A stretch of 64,000 nucleotides of DNA. Origin: Candidatus Bathyarchaeota archaeon (GTDB lineage: Archaea; Thermoproteota; Bathyarchaeia; Bathyarchaeales; Bathycorpusculaceae). The position numbers were made by a program, and so were the translations under genes. The stretch spans positions 32,001 to 96,000 of the forward strand of contig CAVYHV010000017.1 in assembly GCA_963768425.1 (NCBI GenBank). The letters run 5' to 3'. Position 1 is the first letter of the stretch; each line of letters starts with the position of its first letter. Of this stretch, positions 42,852 to 53,888 are shown in pieces. Below the pieces are notes generated by a model. The model was not told the DNA's origin and ran no database searches. It saw only the letters and a list, made by a program, of their open reading frames with translations.

Positions 42852-44096
42852 TTACTTTTCGGTTTTCCTGGTTTTCCTACCTGTTTTCTGGCTTGTTTTT
42901 TTAAGGGCATTGTACATTCTTGTTTGGAGCCCCCACAGTTCAATAAAGCCTTTGGAGTACGACTGATTAAATGTGGCTTTTATGTTGTAATTAGCCAAAT
43001 TCTTGTCGTAGAGCGACATCGCTGATGAGCGACCGATGACTTGCAAGCTGCCCTTGTAGAGTTTAAGTTTGACTTCACCAGTCACATTTTCCTGCGATTT
43101 GTTGATGAAGGCGTCCAAATCATCCTTTAGAGGATCAACCCACAACCCAGCGTAGGCTAAGAAAACCCATTCTGCATCGACCTGTTGCTTAAAGAGAACT
43201 TGGTGGCGGGTCATAACCATTTTTTCAAGGTCTTTGTGAGCTTCCAGAATAACCGTTGCGGCTGGGCACTCGTAGACTTCTCTTGATTTAATGCCGACCA
43301 ATCGGTCCTCAATGTGGTCTATGCGGCCAACGCCGTTTCTGCCTGCAATCTTATTCATTTCTTCAATAAGTTCGAGGGGCAGCATAGCTTTGCCGTTTAC
43401 TGCCACGGGTACACCAGCCTCAAATTGTATGGTGACAATCTCTGGAGTGTTCGGTGCTTTTTCAGGCGAAGTTGTCCATTCGTAAGCATCTTCCGGGGGT
43501 TCTTGGCTTGCATCTTCCAACAAACCGCATTCGATTGCCCTTCCCCAAACGCTTGCGTCAATACTGTATTTTTTAGCTGCGTCGGAGACTGGGATACCTT
43601 TTGTTTTCGCGTAAGCAATCTCCTCTTCGCGCGTCATTCCCCATTCCCGCACTGGCGCAATGATTTTTCTATCAGGGGCCAATGATCCAAGCGTTACATC
43701 AAATCGAACTTGGTCGTTTCCTCTTCCCGTGCATCCGTGAGCCAAGGCTGTTGCACCTTCTGTTTCCGCTACTTCAACCATCTTTGCTGCTATGAGTGGT
43801 CGCGAGAGAGAGGTGCTTATCGGATACTTCCCCTCATAAAGTGCGTTGGCTTTTATCGCCGGGAAAATGTAGTCTTTTGCAAACTCGTCTTTGGCATCGA
43901 TTGAAAAATGTTTCAAAACCCCAAGTTTTTTGGCTTTTTGCTCAGCGGCTTTCAAGTTTTCTTGTTGACCAACGTCAACGGTTACAGTAATCACTTGGGC
44001 GTCGTACTTCTCTTGCAGGTACTTGATTAGAACAGACGTGTCTAACCCGCCTGAGTACGCTAACACTATTTTTTCGGTTATGTCTTGCTCCCCCAT
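42852..44096 (-). CDS. argG: Argininosuccinate synthase
   Basis: LAYSGGLDTS, HGCTGRGNDQVRF and GIKSREVYECP. Confidence 0.97.
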   Translation of the reverse strand: MGEQDITEKIVLAYSGGLDTSVLIKYLQEKYDAQVITVTVDVGQQENLKAAEQKAKKLGVLKHFSIDAKDEFAKDYIFPAIKANALYEGKYPISTSLSRPLIAAKMVEVAETEGATALAHGCTGRGNDQVRFDVTLGSLAPDRKIIAPVREWGMTREEEIAYAKTKGIPVSDAAKKYSIDASVWGRAIECGLLEDASQEPPEDAYEWTTSPEKAPNTPEIVTIQFEAGVPVAVNGKAMLPLELIEEMNKIAGRNGVGRIDHIEDRLVGIKSREVYECPAATVILEAHKDLEKMVMTRHQVLFKQQVDAEWVFLAYAGLWVDPLKDDLDAFINKSQENVTGEVKLKLYKGSLQVIGRSSAMSLYDKNLANYNIKATFNQSYSKGFIELWGLQTRMYNALKKTSQKTGRKTRKTEK

Positions 44097-44208
44097 TTTT
44101 TTAGCTTGAACTATTTCCCCTAACCTTGAACCTTATCTTCTTAAACCTTGCGACTTTTTTGTTACTTAAGAAAACTTAAATGTTCCATTTGATACATGTT
44201 GCATTAAC

Positions 44209-44787
44209 ATGAGTATAGCTCAAAACGTCAGGAATTATCTCAGAAACAAACCGTACATACTTGAAGCTCTGGAAAAAGGAATTGTGAACCTCAGCGAGTT
44301 GGCAAGACAAATACAGAAAGAACTAAAAACCAAAGACCCAAGTGCAATAAAAGCCGCTCTGCGCCGTTACTCAGAGGAACTACAAAAACACAAACAGAAA
44401 AGAGAAGAAAAAGTCCTCCATCTTCTCAAATGCAGTAGCATAGCGGTTTATGACCGAAAATCTGTTATAATAACGGGCAATGAAATCAGTTCGAAAACGG
44501 GCATGAAGGTAGATTTGCTCGACAAATTCGTTTACTTGCTTGACAGAAACGATTTGCCTGAACGCATAAACACATTAATGAAGCATGACAACTGCACCAT
44601 GATCGTTGTGCACTCCCCTGAAGAACTCGAAGCAACACCGGGAGTTGTCGCTTTTATAGCTACCCTTTTGGCCGAGCAGAGCGTAAACATAGTTGAGTTC
44701 ATTTCTTGCTGGACAGAAACCATCATCGTTATCGAGAAAAAAGACAGCTTGAAAGTCTATGAAACCCTATCCAACCTAGTGGGCTAG
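44209..44787 (+). CDS. HTH + ACT-domain amino-acid-responsive regulator
   Basis: GIVNLSELARQI...AIKAALRRY N-terminus; ACT-like TPGVVAFIATLLAEQSVNIVEFISCWTE; divergent from argG. Confidence 0.75.
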   Translation: MSIAQNVRNYLRNKPYILEALEKGIVNLSELARQIQKELKTKDPSAIKAALRRYSEELQKHKQKREEKVLHLLKCSSIAVYDRKSVIITGNEISSKTGMKVDLLDKFVYLLDRNDLPERINTLMKHDNCTMIVVHSPEELEATPGVVAFIATLLAEQSVNIVEFISCWTETIIVIEKKDSLKVYETLSNLVG

Positions 44788-45111
44788 CAGCAATGGGCAA
44801 ATAAGCTAAGTCATGCCAGAAATAAACAGAGGTTTTGTAATCAGGGAGGTAGACTTCTTGTGTGGACAAGCCGACCGGTCGGTCAAATGTATATACATTT
44901 TGTTGATACAGTTTGTTGATACAGGAGCAAAGGGTTTGGACTTTTTCGTGTGCCTCCAGAGGTCTTCTCGGGTTTTCAACTTAACACTATTACAAAAGAC
45001 GTTACAGGAAAATGGAAGCAACAAAAATTAATAATGCCAAAGCAGTTAATTCAGCATTGACCTTCAGTGTTTCCTTAGCTAAGAGGGTTCATTGGCTGGA
45101 GAGGCTAAAAC

Positions 45112-46361
45112 ATGGTACATCAAGAATGTATTAACTGCAAAACAAGATATGACATAGACGAAATCATCTACTTCTGCAAGAAATGCGGAGACATCCTTGA
45201 AATAAAATTTGATTTCAAAGAGTTAGCGCAAACCCTCAAAACCAGCGACTGGAAAACAAAGCCTCTATCCGTTTGGCGCTACCGAGACTTCATGCCCATT
45301 CATGAAACCGCACACGTCGTCACGCTTAACGAAGGGGAACAGGCCTACATCGTTCCCAACACTTGGGCCACGAAGTAGGAATAAAGGAAGTATACGTTAA
45401 GAATGAAGGCGAGAATCCAACCGGCAGTTTCAAAGACCGAGGCATGACCGTTGGCGTTACCAAAGCCGTCGAGCTTGGAGCTAGGCATGTTATCTGCGCT
45501 TCAACCGGGAACACCAGCGCCAGTTTAGCAGCTTACGCTGCAAGAGCAGGGATAAAGTGCACCGTTTTGATTCCCTCGGGCAAGATTGCATATGGTAAGC
45601 TGGCCCAAGCCATGATTCACGGCGCAAAAGTCCTGCAGGTAAATGGAAACTTCGACCAATCATTAGAATTCGTCCTAAAGTTAGCTGAGAAGCATAAGAG
45701 CATTTACCTGCTTAATTCAATTAACCCTTTCCGCATCGAAGGACAGAAATCCTTGGGATTCGAAATCTGTGAGCAACTAAACTACGAAGCTCCAGACAGA
45801 ATCATCATACCCGTCGGCAATGCAGGAAACATAAGCGCCGTTTGGAAAGGATTAACTGAATTTCACAGACTGGGATTCATAAAAAAATTGCCTAAAATGA
45901 CAGGTATACAAGCGGCTGGCTCGGCGCCCATAGCACAAGCTATCAAAACCAACAGCGATAAAATCGTCCCTGTTGAACATCCAGAAACAGTTGCCACTGC
46001 CATCAGAATTGGTGCTCCAGTGAGCTGGAAAAAAGCCATCAACGCCATCCGCGAATCCCACGGCACCGCCGAAACTGTCACTGATGAGGAAATCTTGGAT
46101 GCTCAAAAAATGCTGGCGAGAATTGAAGGGATCTTTGTGGAGCCTGCCAGCGCTTCATCGATAGCGGGTTTAAAGAAGCTGGTTAAGAACGGTGTCATCG
46201 CCAAAGATGAGCGGATTGTATGTATAACTACTGGACATGGATTAAAAGACCCAGATACTGCCATAAAACAATGTGAGAAGCCAGTCGAGGTCGAGGCGGA
46301 TATGTTATCTATTGAACAAGCGCTGGGATTGAAACAGCAAAGAGTAATTATTGCAAGGTGA
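45112..46361 (+). CDS. thrC: Threonine synthase; frameshift ~45340
   Basis: N-terminal Zn motif, NPTGSFKDRG, ASTGNTSAS, PVGNAGN and TGHGLKD. Confidence 0.93.
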
Positions 46362-47413
46362 AAAGGAAAATGAGGATAATTTTAGTTGGGTTCGGGGTAG
46401 TTGGGAAGAGTGTAACAACCATTCTGGCGAAGAGATACGTGGAAAAAGTCAAAGACTACGGGTTCAACCCAAAAATCGTCGCGATAGCTGACATAGACGG
46501 AGCGGTCATAAACCCAAGAGGTTTAAGCCCTGAAAAATTAGGTGAGATTAGGCAGAAGGGCTTTCCTATATCAAAAGACTCTGAGTTTGGTCACCCGGGA
46601 ATGTCGGTGCAAGATGTTATCGAGTCAGTTGAGGCAGAAGTGGTTGTTGAGGTAACACCGGTTAACATCAAGAATGCTGAACCCGCTTTATCACATATTA
46701 CCAAAGCCTTCCAAACAGGAAAACACGTGGTCACAACAAATAAAGGACCATTAGCCTTAGCAATGCCCGCCCTTACGGAACTGGCAGAATACAATAACGT
46801 TTATTTGCGATTTAGCGGAACCGTTGGCGGCGGAACACCAGTACTTGAGTTCGCAAAGCGATGTCTGGCTGGAGACAAAATATTAGCTATCAAAGGCATA
46901 CTAAACGGAACAACAAATTATATACTGACTGAAATGGCTCAAAACCGCTTAACCTTCCAAGAAGCACTCTCAAACGCCCAGAAGCTTGGCTACGCGGAGC
47001 GAGAGCCATCCATGGACGTCGACGGCTTCGACGCTGCATGCAAAGTGGTTATTTTGGCCAACTGGATATTGAACAAGAAAATAACTTTAAAAGACGTCGA
47101 TATCACTGGAATAAGAGGGGTTTCTTTGGAAGCGCTTGATGAAGCCGCAAAAAGGGGAAACACAATCAAGCTCATAGGATCCATAGACGTCGGCAAACCC
47201 TCTGTCAAACCCATGGAGATAGCGAAGAGCAGCCCTCTTTGCGTCAGCGGAGTTCTTAATGCGGTGACGTTCCTTACAGAATATGCAGGTGAAGAAACCA
47301 TTGTTGGCAAAGGTGCAGGCGGCGTGGAGACGGCCAGTGCAGTTTTAAGAGACCTCTTAGATATAAGGCACAAGTTAGCAGACAGAATGCTATATGAAAA
47401 CTCGGAGTCCTAA
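46358..47413 (+). CDS. hom: Homoserine dehydrogenase
   Basis: GFGVVG, VVTTNKGP, GILNGTTNYIL and GAGG.ETASAV. Confidence 0.95.
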   Translation: MKRKMRIILVGFGVVGKSVTTILAKRYVEKVKDYGFNPKIVAIADIDGAVINPRGLSPEKLGEIRQKGFPISKDSEFGHPGMSVQDVIESVEAEVVVEVTPVNIKNAEPALSHITKAFQTGKHVVTTNKGPLALAMPALTELAEYNNVYLRFSGTVGGGTPVLEFAKRCLAGDKILAIKGILNGTTNYILTEMAQNRLTFQEALSNAQKLGYAEREPSMDVDGFDAACKVVILANWILNKKITLKDVDITGIRGVSLEALDEAAKRGNTIKLIGSIDVGKPSVKPMEIAKSSPLCVSGVLNAVTFLTEYAGEETIVGKGAGGVETASAVLRDLLDIRHKLADRMLYENSES

Positions 47414-47415
47414 AA

Positions 47416-48825
47416 ATGAAGATAGTCATGAAGTTTGGCGGAAGCAGTGTAGCCACAGGCGAAAACATACGCCATGTAAGTGACATAGTGACCCAACAGA
47501 CAAAGAGCGACTGCAGAATAGCCGTTGTTGTGTCAGCTTTGGCAGGTGTAACTAACAGCCTAATTGAGGTGGCTGAGCAGGCAAGGAAAAGCGATGAAAA
47601 ACACATTCAAGCCTTTACCACAGGTCTTTCAAAGAAACATTTGGCAGCGATCGAATCAGCAATTGCCAGCAAGCCGATACAGAAAGAAGTGACTCAAATC
47701 ACGGAGAAAACCATCGCTGAACTCGAGAAAGTGTTAACGGGCATATGTTATGTTGGCGAGTTGACGCCTAAATCGAAAGACTATGTTTTATCGTTCGGCG
47801 AGCGGTTGTCAGCACCTATCGTTTGGGGAGCCATAAAAGACCGCAAGCTGGAAACCCAATGCTTCACAGGCAAAGAAGCTGGCATCGTAACAGACTCAAA
47901 CTTCGGCGAAGCAGATCCCCTCATGAATTTCACAACCCACCTAATCCGCGAACGGCTAAGCCCCCTGCTTGAAAAAGGTATCATCCCAGTAGTTACAGGT
48001 TACATTGCCGCGGACCAAAACGGAGTAGTCACAACGGTTGGACGGGGCGGATCAGATTACACCGCAACAATCTTGGGAGTCGCCTTAGGAGCTGACGAAA
48101 TATGGATTTGGACTGACGTCGAAGGCATAATGACCACCGACCCAAAAATAGTCCCAACCGCAAAAATGCTCCCGCAATTAAGCTATCAAGAAGCAGCGGA
48201 AATGGCGATTTTCGGCGCAAAAGCCATGCATCCACGAGCCTTAGAGCCAGTCATAAAACAAAACGTTCCAGTCAGGATACGCAGCGTTTTTCACCCAGAA
48301 AACATTGGCACATTGATTACTGCAGAACCTTTTGCGAACTCTAAAGAAGCCGTCAAAGCTGTAGCAATGATAAAAGACGTTGCCATGTTAAACGTTAGCG
48401 GCGCAGGAATGGTCGGCGCGCCTGGAAGCTACGCAAAAGTCTTCGATGTACTTGGGAAAAACAACATTAATGTTATGATGATATCAACCGCTGCATCAGA
48501 AGCTAACATATCAATGGTTATTCGACGTGGGGTTTTAGGCAGGGCTATTAGCAACCTTGAAATAGCGTTGCTTGATAGGGGCGGGTTGATAAGTGATATA
48601 TCTTCGGAAGACGACGTGGCAGTCATCGCTGTTGTCGGCGCTAACATGAAAGGAACTTTAGGCGTGGCCTCAAAAATATTCACCACAGTCGCCAAAAACG
48701 GCATAAACATTCGGATGATAGCACAGGGCTCCTCAGAGCTCAACATTTCTTTCGTAGTTAAAGAGAAAGACGGGGAAGCCGTAGTTCAAGCCATTCACAA
48801 AGCGTTCAACCTCGACAAGATGTAG
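47416..48825 (+). CDS. lysC: Aspartate kinase
   Basis: MKFGGSS, GRGGSDYTA, WTDVEG and two ACT domains. Confidence 0.95.
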   Translation: MKIVMKFGGSSVATGENIRHVSDIVTQQTKSDCRIAVVVSALAGVTNSLIEVAEQARKSDEKHIQAFTTGLSKKHLAAIESAIASKPIQKEVTQITEKTIAELEKVLTGICYVGELTPKSKDYVLSFGERLSAPIVWGAIKDRKLETQCFTGKEAGIVTDSNFGEADPLMNFTTHLIRERLSPLLEKGIIPVVTGYIAADQNGVVTTVGRGGSDYTATILGVALGADEIWIWTDVEGIMTTDPKIVPTAKMLPQLSYQEAAEMAIFGAKAMHPRALEPVIKQNVPVRIRSVFHPENIGTLITAEPFANSKEAVKAVAMIKDVAMLNVSGAGMVGAPGSYAKVFDVLGKNNINVMMISTAASEANISMVIRRGVLGRAISNLEIALLDRGGLISDISSEDDVAVIAVVGANMKGTLGVASKIFTTVAKNGINIRMIAQGSSELNISFVVKEKDGEAVVQAIHKAFNLDKM

Positions 48826-48877
48826 ATTTAAACGTGAAAATGCAAGTTCGGAGCAATCCCCCAAAGTTTTCTTTATT

Positions 48878-49363
48878 TCAATGGGCGGTTTTGTTTTGCA
48901 TCCAACGTTGCCGCATATACTGTCTTCTTGCCCTCCAGAAAAGCATACGGGCTAGGAACAAAATCACTAAGACAACCAGTAGTATTAGGATAATTTCGCC
49001 TGGGAAGTATCCATTTCCACCATCCACGTTAAAGTAGAGCACAAGCAAACCGACAACTACGATTCCGAGCGGTAACATTAGAAGAATTCCCCCGTAACGC
49101 AGCCAACCCGGGGTGCCCTGCCGATTAAAGCCGTTTCCGCCAGCCCCTCCTTCGCGTTGCTGCCGGATTTGCTTAAGCCGCTCTTCGTTAAGGTAGTATT
49201 TTCCGTTTACTTCCACGAAAATTCCTGATTGACCAAGTCTTCGATGCATGGCTTGCTCGAACCGAGGCGGCAAACCCAGTTCTTGGATGGTCAAGGCTGT
49301 TTCCGGGTTGAGGGCACCTTTCTCCCTGAATTTCTGAATTATTGCTTCAATGCGTTGCTGCAT
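48878..49363 (-). CDS. Hypothetical protein, wHTH-like N-terminus and two TM helices
   Basis: 161-aa ORF with two C-terminal hydrophobic helices. Confidence 0.65.
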   Translation of the reverse strand: MQQRIEAIIQKFREKGALNPETALTIQELGLPPRFEQAMHRRLGQSGIFVEVNGKYYLNEERLKQIRQQREGGAGGNGFNRQGTPGWLRYGGILLMLPLGIVVVGLLVLYFNVDGGNGYFPGEIILILLVVLVILFLARMLFWRARRQYMRQRWMQNKTAH

Positions 49364-49533
49364 CCTTTACCTGTATCTAAACATACGTTCCCGTATGATT
49401 TATTTTTTTCAGACGGTTGCCTCAAGTTAACTGGGAATCCTAAAGTTTAGCGCCGTAGCAGATTTCTAACTGGCTTACAGGAAAAGAAATTGCCAATTCA
49501 GGTTTCTTTAATGGAATTTTTTAGGAGAGGTTT

Positions 49534-49707
49534 GCTGAGGCTCTGGCGGATTTTGATTCTTCTTTAAGGAGAAAAAAGAAATGAAAATCTACATCACTCT
49601 ACAATCGCAGCTTCGTGATATTAGCCAGAGCCTTCTCAGCCGCATTTCTTTTTCCATCTCTTACTATTGTTTCTTCAGGTTTTTTTAACGGGACTAAAAA
49701 AGGGGAA
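49534..49707. repeat. Conserved bulged-hairpin element downstream of PQQ gene (copy 2)
   Basis: GCTGAGGCTCTGG (49534-49546) ... CCAGAGCCTTCTCAGC (49625-49640), then GGGACTAAAAAAGGGGAA. Confidence 0.8.
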
Positions 49708-49731
49708 ATGTTGATGTTAGGATTGTTTAGT

Positions 49732-52441
49732 TTACGGGTGTTTTCTTGTGAGGAGAAGTGCCAGTACTGCGCCGATTATGATTATCACGATGATGATTGC
49801 GACGATACCGTATTCAAGTGCGGTTTGTGTGGCTACACCGCTCAGTGGTGTTGCCGTTGGTGCTGCTGTTGCGGACGCTTGCATCACGGTGAAGCTTGTT
49901 GCGTCGGATGATGGCCAGTAACCGTTAGTACCAGCGAAGTTTGCGTAGACCGTGTAGTTGCCTGCAATGTCAGGTGTCCAAGTTAGCGTGTACATTCCGT
50001 TTGAGTTGGTTGTGGCAGTGCCTATTTGTCTGTAATTGTTGTTTGAGTCTAATACGTAGATGTTTACTGGGACTCCGGTGAAGTTAGTTGGTTTAGGTTG
50101 TTGCTGGTAAACGTAGCCCATCCATGCTTGCATCCTAGCATCAGAACTGACTGGAACTCCGTTTGGAAAGTCAGATGCCTGCTCGTTTTGCTTTGTGCCT
50201 GCAGAAACGTCGGTGACTGTGCCGCGTATTACTACTGGCTGTCCAGATGCTAAACCTGCATTTGGAGCGGTAACTGTAGTTTGGCTTGGTCCTCTGCCAA
50301 CAACGTAGATTTGAGCGTCATAACCGTTAAACCATGTATTGTATCCGTCTGCTGCTGCATAACTGAAGACTTGGAATTCGCCTGTGTACTCTGAGATGGT
50401 CCAGATTTCTTTTCCAGTTGTAGCATTGATGGCTCGTGCTAATCCACCTTTGAAAAGTGGTGTTTCAGGTGTGTGTTCAGTCGTGACAAGGTAAACTACA
50501 TCGTTGCCTACAGCGTTGACGAAGGTTGGATAGTGAGAGAATGGTGTTTCAAGACCTGAATTGGTGCTGTTGCCTTCGCCGCCGTTACCGTATGTCCATA
50601 GAAGATCGCCGGTCTTTGTGTCGTAGCAGTAGACAATTCCTGCGTATGCGCTGCTGTACATTTTTCCGTAAGCAAATGCGTTTGCTAAACTTCCGGATGC
50701 TGGGCTACCATAGTAGTCGAGGTCTGCTTGAGGTGCGGTTGGACCCCAGATCTTCTGTCCTGTATCTAAGCTGTAGCCTACGTATTGCGAAGTTTCTCTC
50801 CAGTTTTCAACGAATACGCGATTTATTGGGTCAATTCCTGCTTCTAGAACTGTGATGTTATTTGCCGGTGGGTTGTAGGTCTGGTGCCAAAGTATCGAAC
50901 CTAACGAGCTTGGATGACTTTCGCTAATGCTGACAGCAAAGTAAGTGTATGGAGTATCGCTTTGTGAACCCATGAATATTGCGCCTGTTGAAGGTAGGTT
51001 GCCTGTGTAGCACAGTAGTCGGTCGTCTAGGATTGCTCCGACTTGAGTGACTGCTCCACTTGGAACTCCTGTCACGGAGACGTTAAAGTCTAACAGCGAT
51101 GGGTCTGCTCCGTTAGTAATAGGTGGAATTACTGGTGGTGATGTTGATTCGCCTGAGTAGTCACCATCCCAAAGCCTTGATGAGTTCCATTCCTGCAAAT
51201 AGTAGTTTGGCTTCGCAATGCTACCGTAGTTCGTCAAGCTAAGTACAAGTTCTTCACCGTTCGGACCGAGCAAAGATGTGCCTACTGGAACGTTGGTTAC
51301 ATTGAACATCGGATCGCCTGTAAATGCGTCAAAAGCCATCCAGGTGAGCGGGAAAACTCCGAAGAGTGAAGCTCCTCCAGATGCTGCGAATAGTATTGGT
51401 TGGTAGACTCCGTGTTGATTGGGGTCTTGGACGTCATAAAGATAAGCGAATGACAACGCTGGTACATCGGAGCGGCTCCAAATAAGTTGTCCAGTTTGCA
51501 AGTTGACGCAGTCAGTTGGTCCGTAAGCACTGCCGCTTAATCCGCCTGGTACTCCTGCGAAAGATATTGGTTCAGTGTAATAGAGCATTCCATCAACAAT
51601 TATGGGGTTGGTATATCTTTGATTATATGCCGAGCCTTCAAAGTATGTGTCACCGGCGATAGCTGTTTGGTTTCCGCCGACAACTCCGCCGCTGTCAAGG
51701 GGCTTAGTCCACATCACGTGGCCAGTCATTGAACCGACGACATCGCCTGCTCCGGCTAATTGCTCGCCGTTACCTCCAGCATTATATGTGCTTAAGAAGC
51801 CGCCGTATCCTGGTGCACCTGTGCCTAGCCAGTTTGACGAAATTGAGAACCAGTTTGTGTTATATCCGTAGATTGGGCGCGTCCAGTAGACTAGTTGGAA
51901 GTGGGGTTGTTGGGTAATAGGAAATTGGTGCTTGCTGAACAGTAAGGGTTGTTGACGCGGAGCTGGGTGCATAATAATCGCCTTCGTATGGAGCGTTGGA
52001 ACCGAACATGGTAAAGGTAATTGGGAAGTTGTATGTTTGTCCTGGGAATGTGAAATTAAGGCTGTATGTGCCTACTTGATCTGGTGTGAATGCATAGTCT
52101 TGGGCTGATGTTGAGTCCGCAACTACGGGGAAGGTCTCTGTTTGCTTGTCGCCGTTTGGTGCAGTTATTACGAGCTGGTAGTTGTGGAATCGGATGTCAT
52201 TTGGAATGGCAGCGTTAAATATTACTTGATTAAGCCAAATTATGACTTCAACTGATTGACCTGTTCCAACTGGGTTGGGTGAGACACTGATGTATGCGTA
52301 TGTTGGAATTGTTTCTCCTGGCGTTTGTGCTTTAGCAATTGGCACTAGCATCATTGATGCTGACATCGAAAGTATAAAGAATATAGAGATCGCAATGGCT
52401 CCTGTTTTGTTTTTTGAAAATGCTTTTAGTATGTTTGACAT
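49732..52441 (-). CDS. Secreted PQQ-like beta-propeller surface protein (paralog of 6190-8823); frameshift ~51900
   Basis: Signal peptide, SPNPVG.GQ, WTKP..GG and FPNG.P..SD; C-terminal TM ending RKHP. Confidence 0.87.
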
Positions 52442-52765
52442 TTTTCTTCTTCCTTTTCTGTACTCTGGGTTTCAAAACATTTGTATTTAAGATTTTGCAA
52501 AATTATTAAAATTATCAAATAAAATTGCTGTTTAAATAAAAAATATGCAACTTTATAAGAAAACAGCCATTAACTCGGAACCAGACTTTTGAGCGGCAAC
52601 ATGCAAGAACCCTCTGTTTTGGTTGCCAAAATCAAAAAAAGAAAGTGTAGTTTGGATACTCTAATTTTGGTTGCAGGTTATGGTTGTTTTCGCATGACGG
52701 CCAATATCAAAAATCTGCGATTAATTTAAATAGAATGAAAAAAGTAGCATGAACATCAACGAGGG

Positions 52766-53761
52766 ATAATAGCTTTAAGTGAGCAAATTAGTGCAGTCCA
52801 AGCAAAAATCCTCAAAGAGTTATTAGCAGACGGACGCCAAACTGACAATGAAATTGCCAAAAAAATAGGTGAGACAAAAGAAAACATTAAGATGTATCTT
52901 AGCAAAATGGAAGAAATGGGAATAATTACCGGTGCGACTATACACATCAATTATAATATTTTCGGTTTCAAGGCAGTAACCCACATTTTAATCAATGTTG
53001 ATTCGCAGCAAGAAGATCAGCTTGTCAGTTACTTGCAGAAAATGCCTGAAGTTTACTCATTCTACAGCAGGGGAATTAAAGGAAACTGGGATGTTGTTGT
53101 TATTCTCAAAACGCTTGAACAATTGAACGCTATCAAAGACCAATTTAAGAGACGCTTTTCAATCGTTGAGATGAGAACTGCAATCTGGACAGACGTAAAA
53201 GAAATGAATTACAACCTGGGAATAACAAGCGGTAATGCGGAAAATCAAGAGGCAGGAACTAATTATCACGTAAAGATTCAGAGAAGTTGTCCTCAATCAA
53301 TGATTCTCGACCAAATTGACCAAAAAATAGCTGATAAACTTTCTGAGAATGGACGGATGTCCATGGAAACGCTTGGGAGAGAAATTGGAATATCATCAGA
53401 CACTGTTAAAAGAAGATATGAAAAACTCAAGAAAAACGGAGCGCTAAAAGTCACAATTCAAGTTAATCCGAATAAAATCGGGTACCAAGCAATGTGTGTT
53501 TTTTTCACTGTAACCTCTCACGAAAATTCGTTGGCAATTATTGAAAAAATCGTTGACATACCCAACATCATAAGCATCATGAAAACAACAGGGGATTACG
53601 ACCTGCAAATATGGGCAATGGTGAAAGATTTAAGCCAATTTTTTTCGGTTCAAGAGCAGTTGGGAAAAATTCAAGGCATAACAAAAATGGATATAGAACT
53701 ATCATCTTTAGAAAAATGGGAAAAATGGCCTAGTCCTCGCCAATATATATCTACCTTCTAA
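52766..53761 (+). CDS. Tandem Lrp/AsnC regulator (start uncertain)
   Basis: Frame is open upstream of ATG 52892 through the first HTH (AKILKELLADGRQ); second HTH DQKIADKLSENGR; ends WPSPRQYISTF. Confidence 0.85.
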   Translation: MIALSEQISAVQAKILKELLADGRQTDNEIAKKIGETKENIKMYLSKMEEMGIITGATIHINYNIFGFKAVTHILINVDSQQEDQLVSYLQKMPEVYSFYSRGIKGNWDVVVILKTLEQLNAIKDQFKRRFSIVEMRTAIWTDVKEMNYNLGITSGNAENQEAGTNYHVKIQRSCPQSMILDQIDQKIADKLSENGRMSMETLGREIGISSDTVKRRYEKLKKNGALKVTIQVNPNKIGYQAMCVFFTVTSHENSLAIIEKIVDIPNIISIMKTTGDYDLQIWAMVKDLSQFFSVQEQLGKIQGITKMDIELSSLEKWEKWPSPRQYISTF

Positions 53762-53888
53762 AGCCATCTTTCATTTTCTACAAATTAGCCAAGAATTTAA
53801 TAAATTTGCAAGTTTAGACGATAAACCCAAGAAAATGAGAAATTTTATATCTTGATAGTAGTCATAACTTTAGCCAAAAGGAAGAACT

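Noticed and set aside
45052-45100. Imperfect hairpin in the thrC leader as a riboswitch or attenuator
   Set aside because: Pairing is weak, there is one instance only, and it resembles no known aptamer
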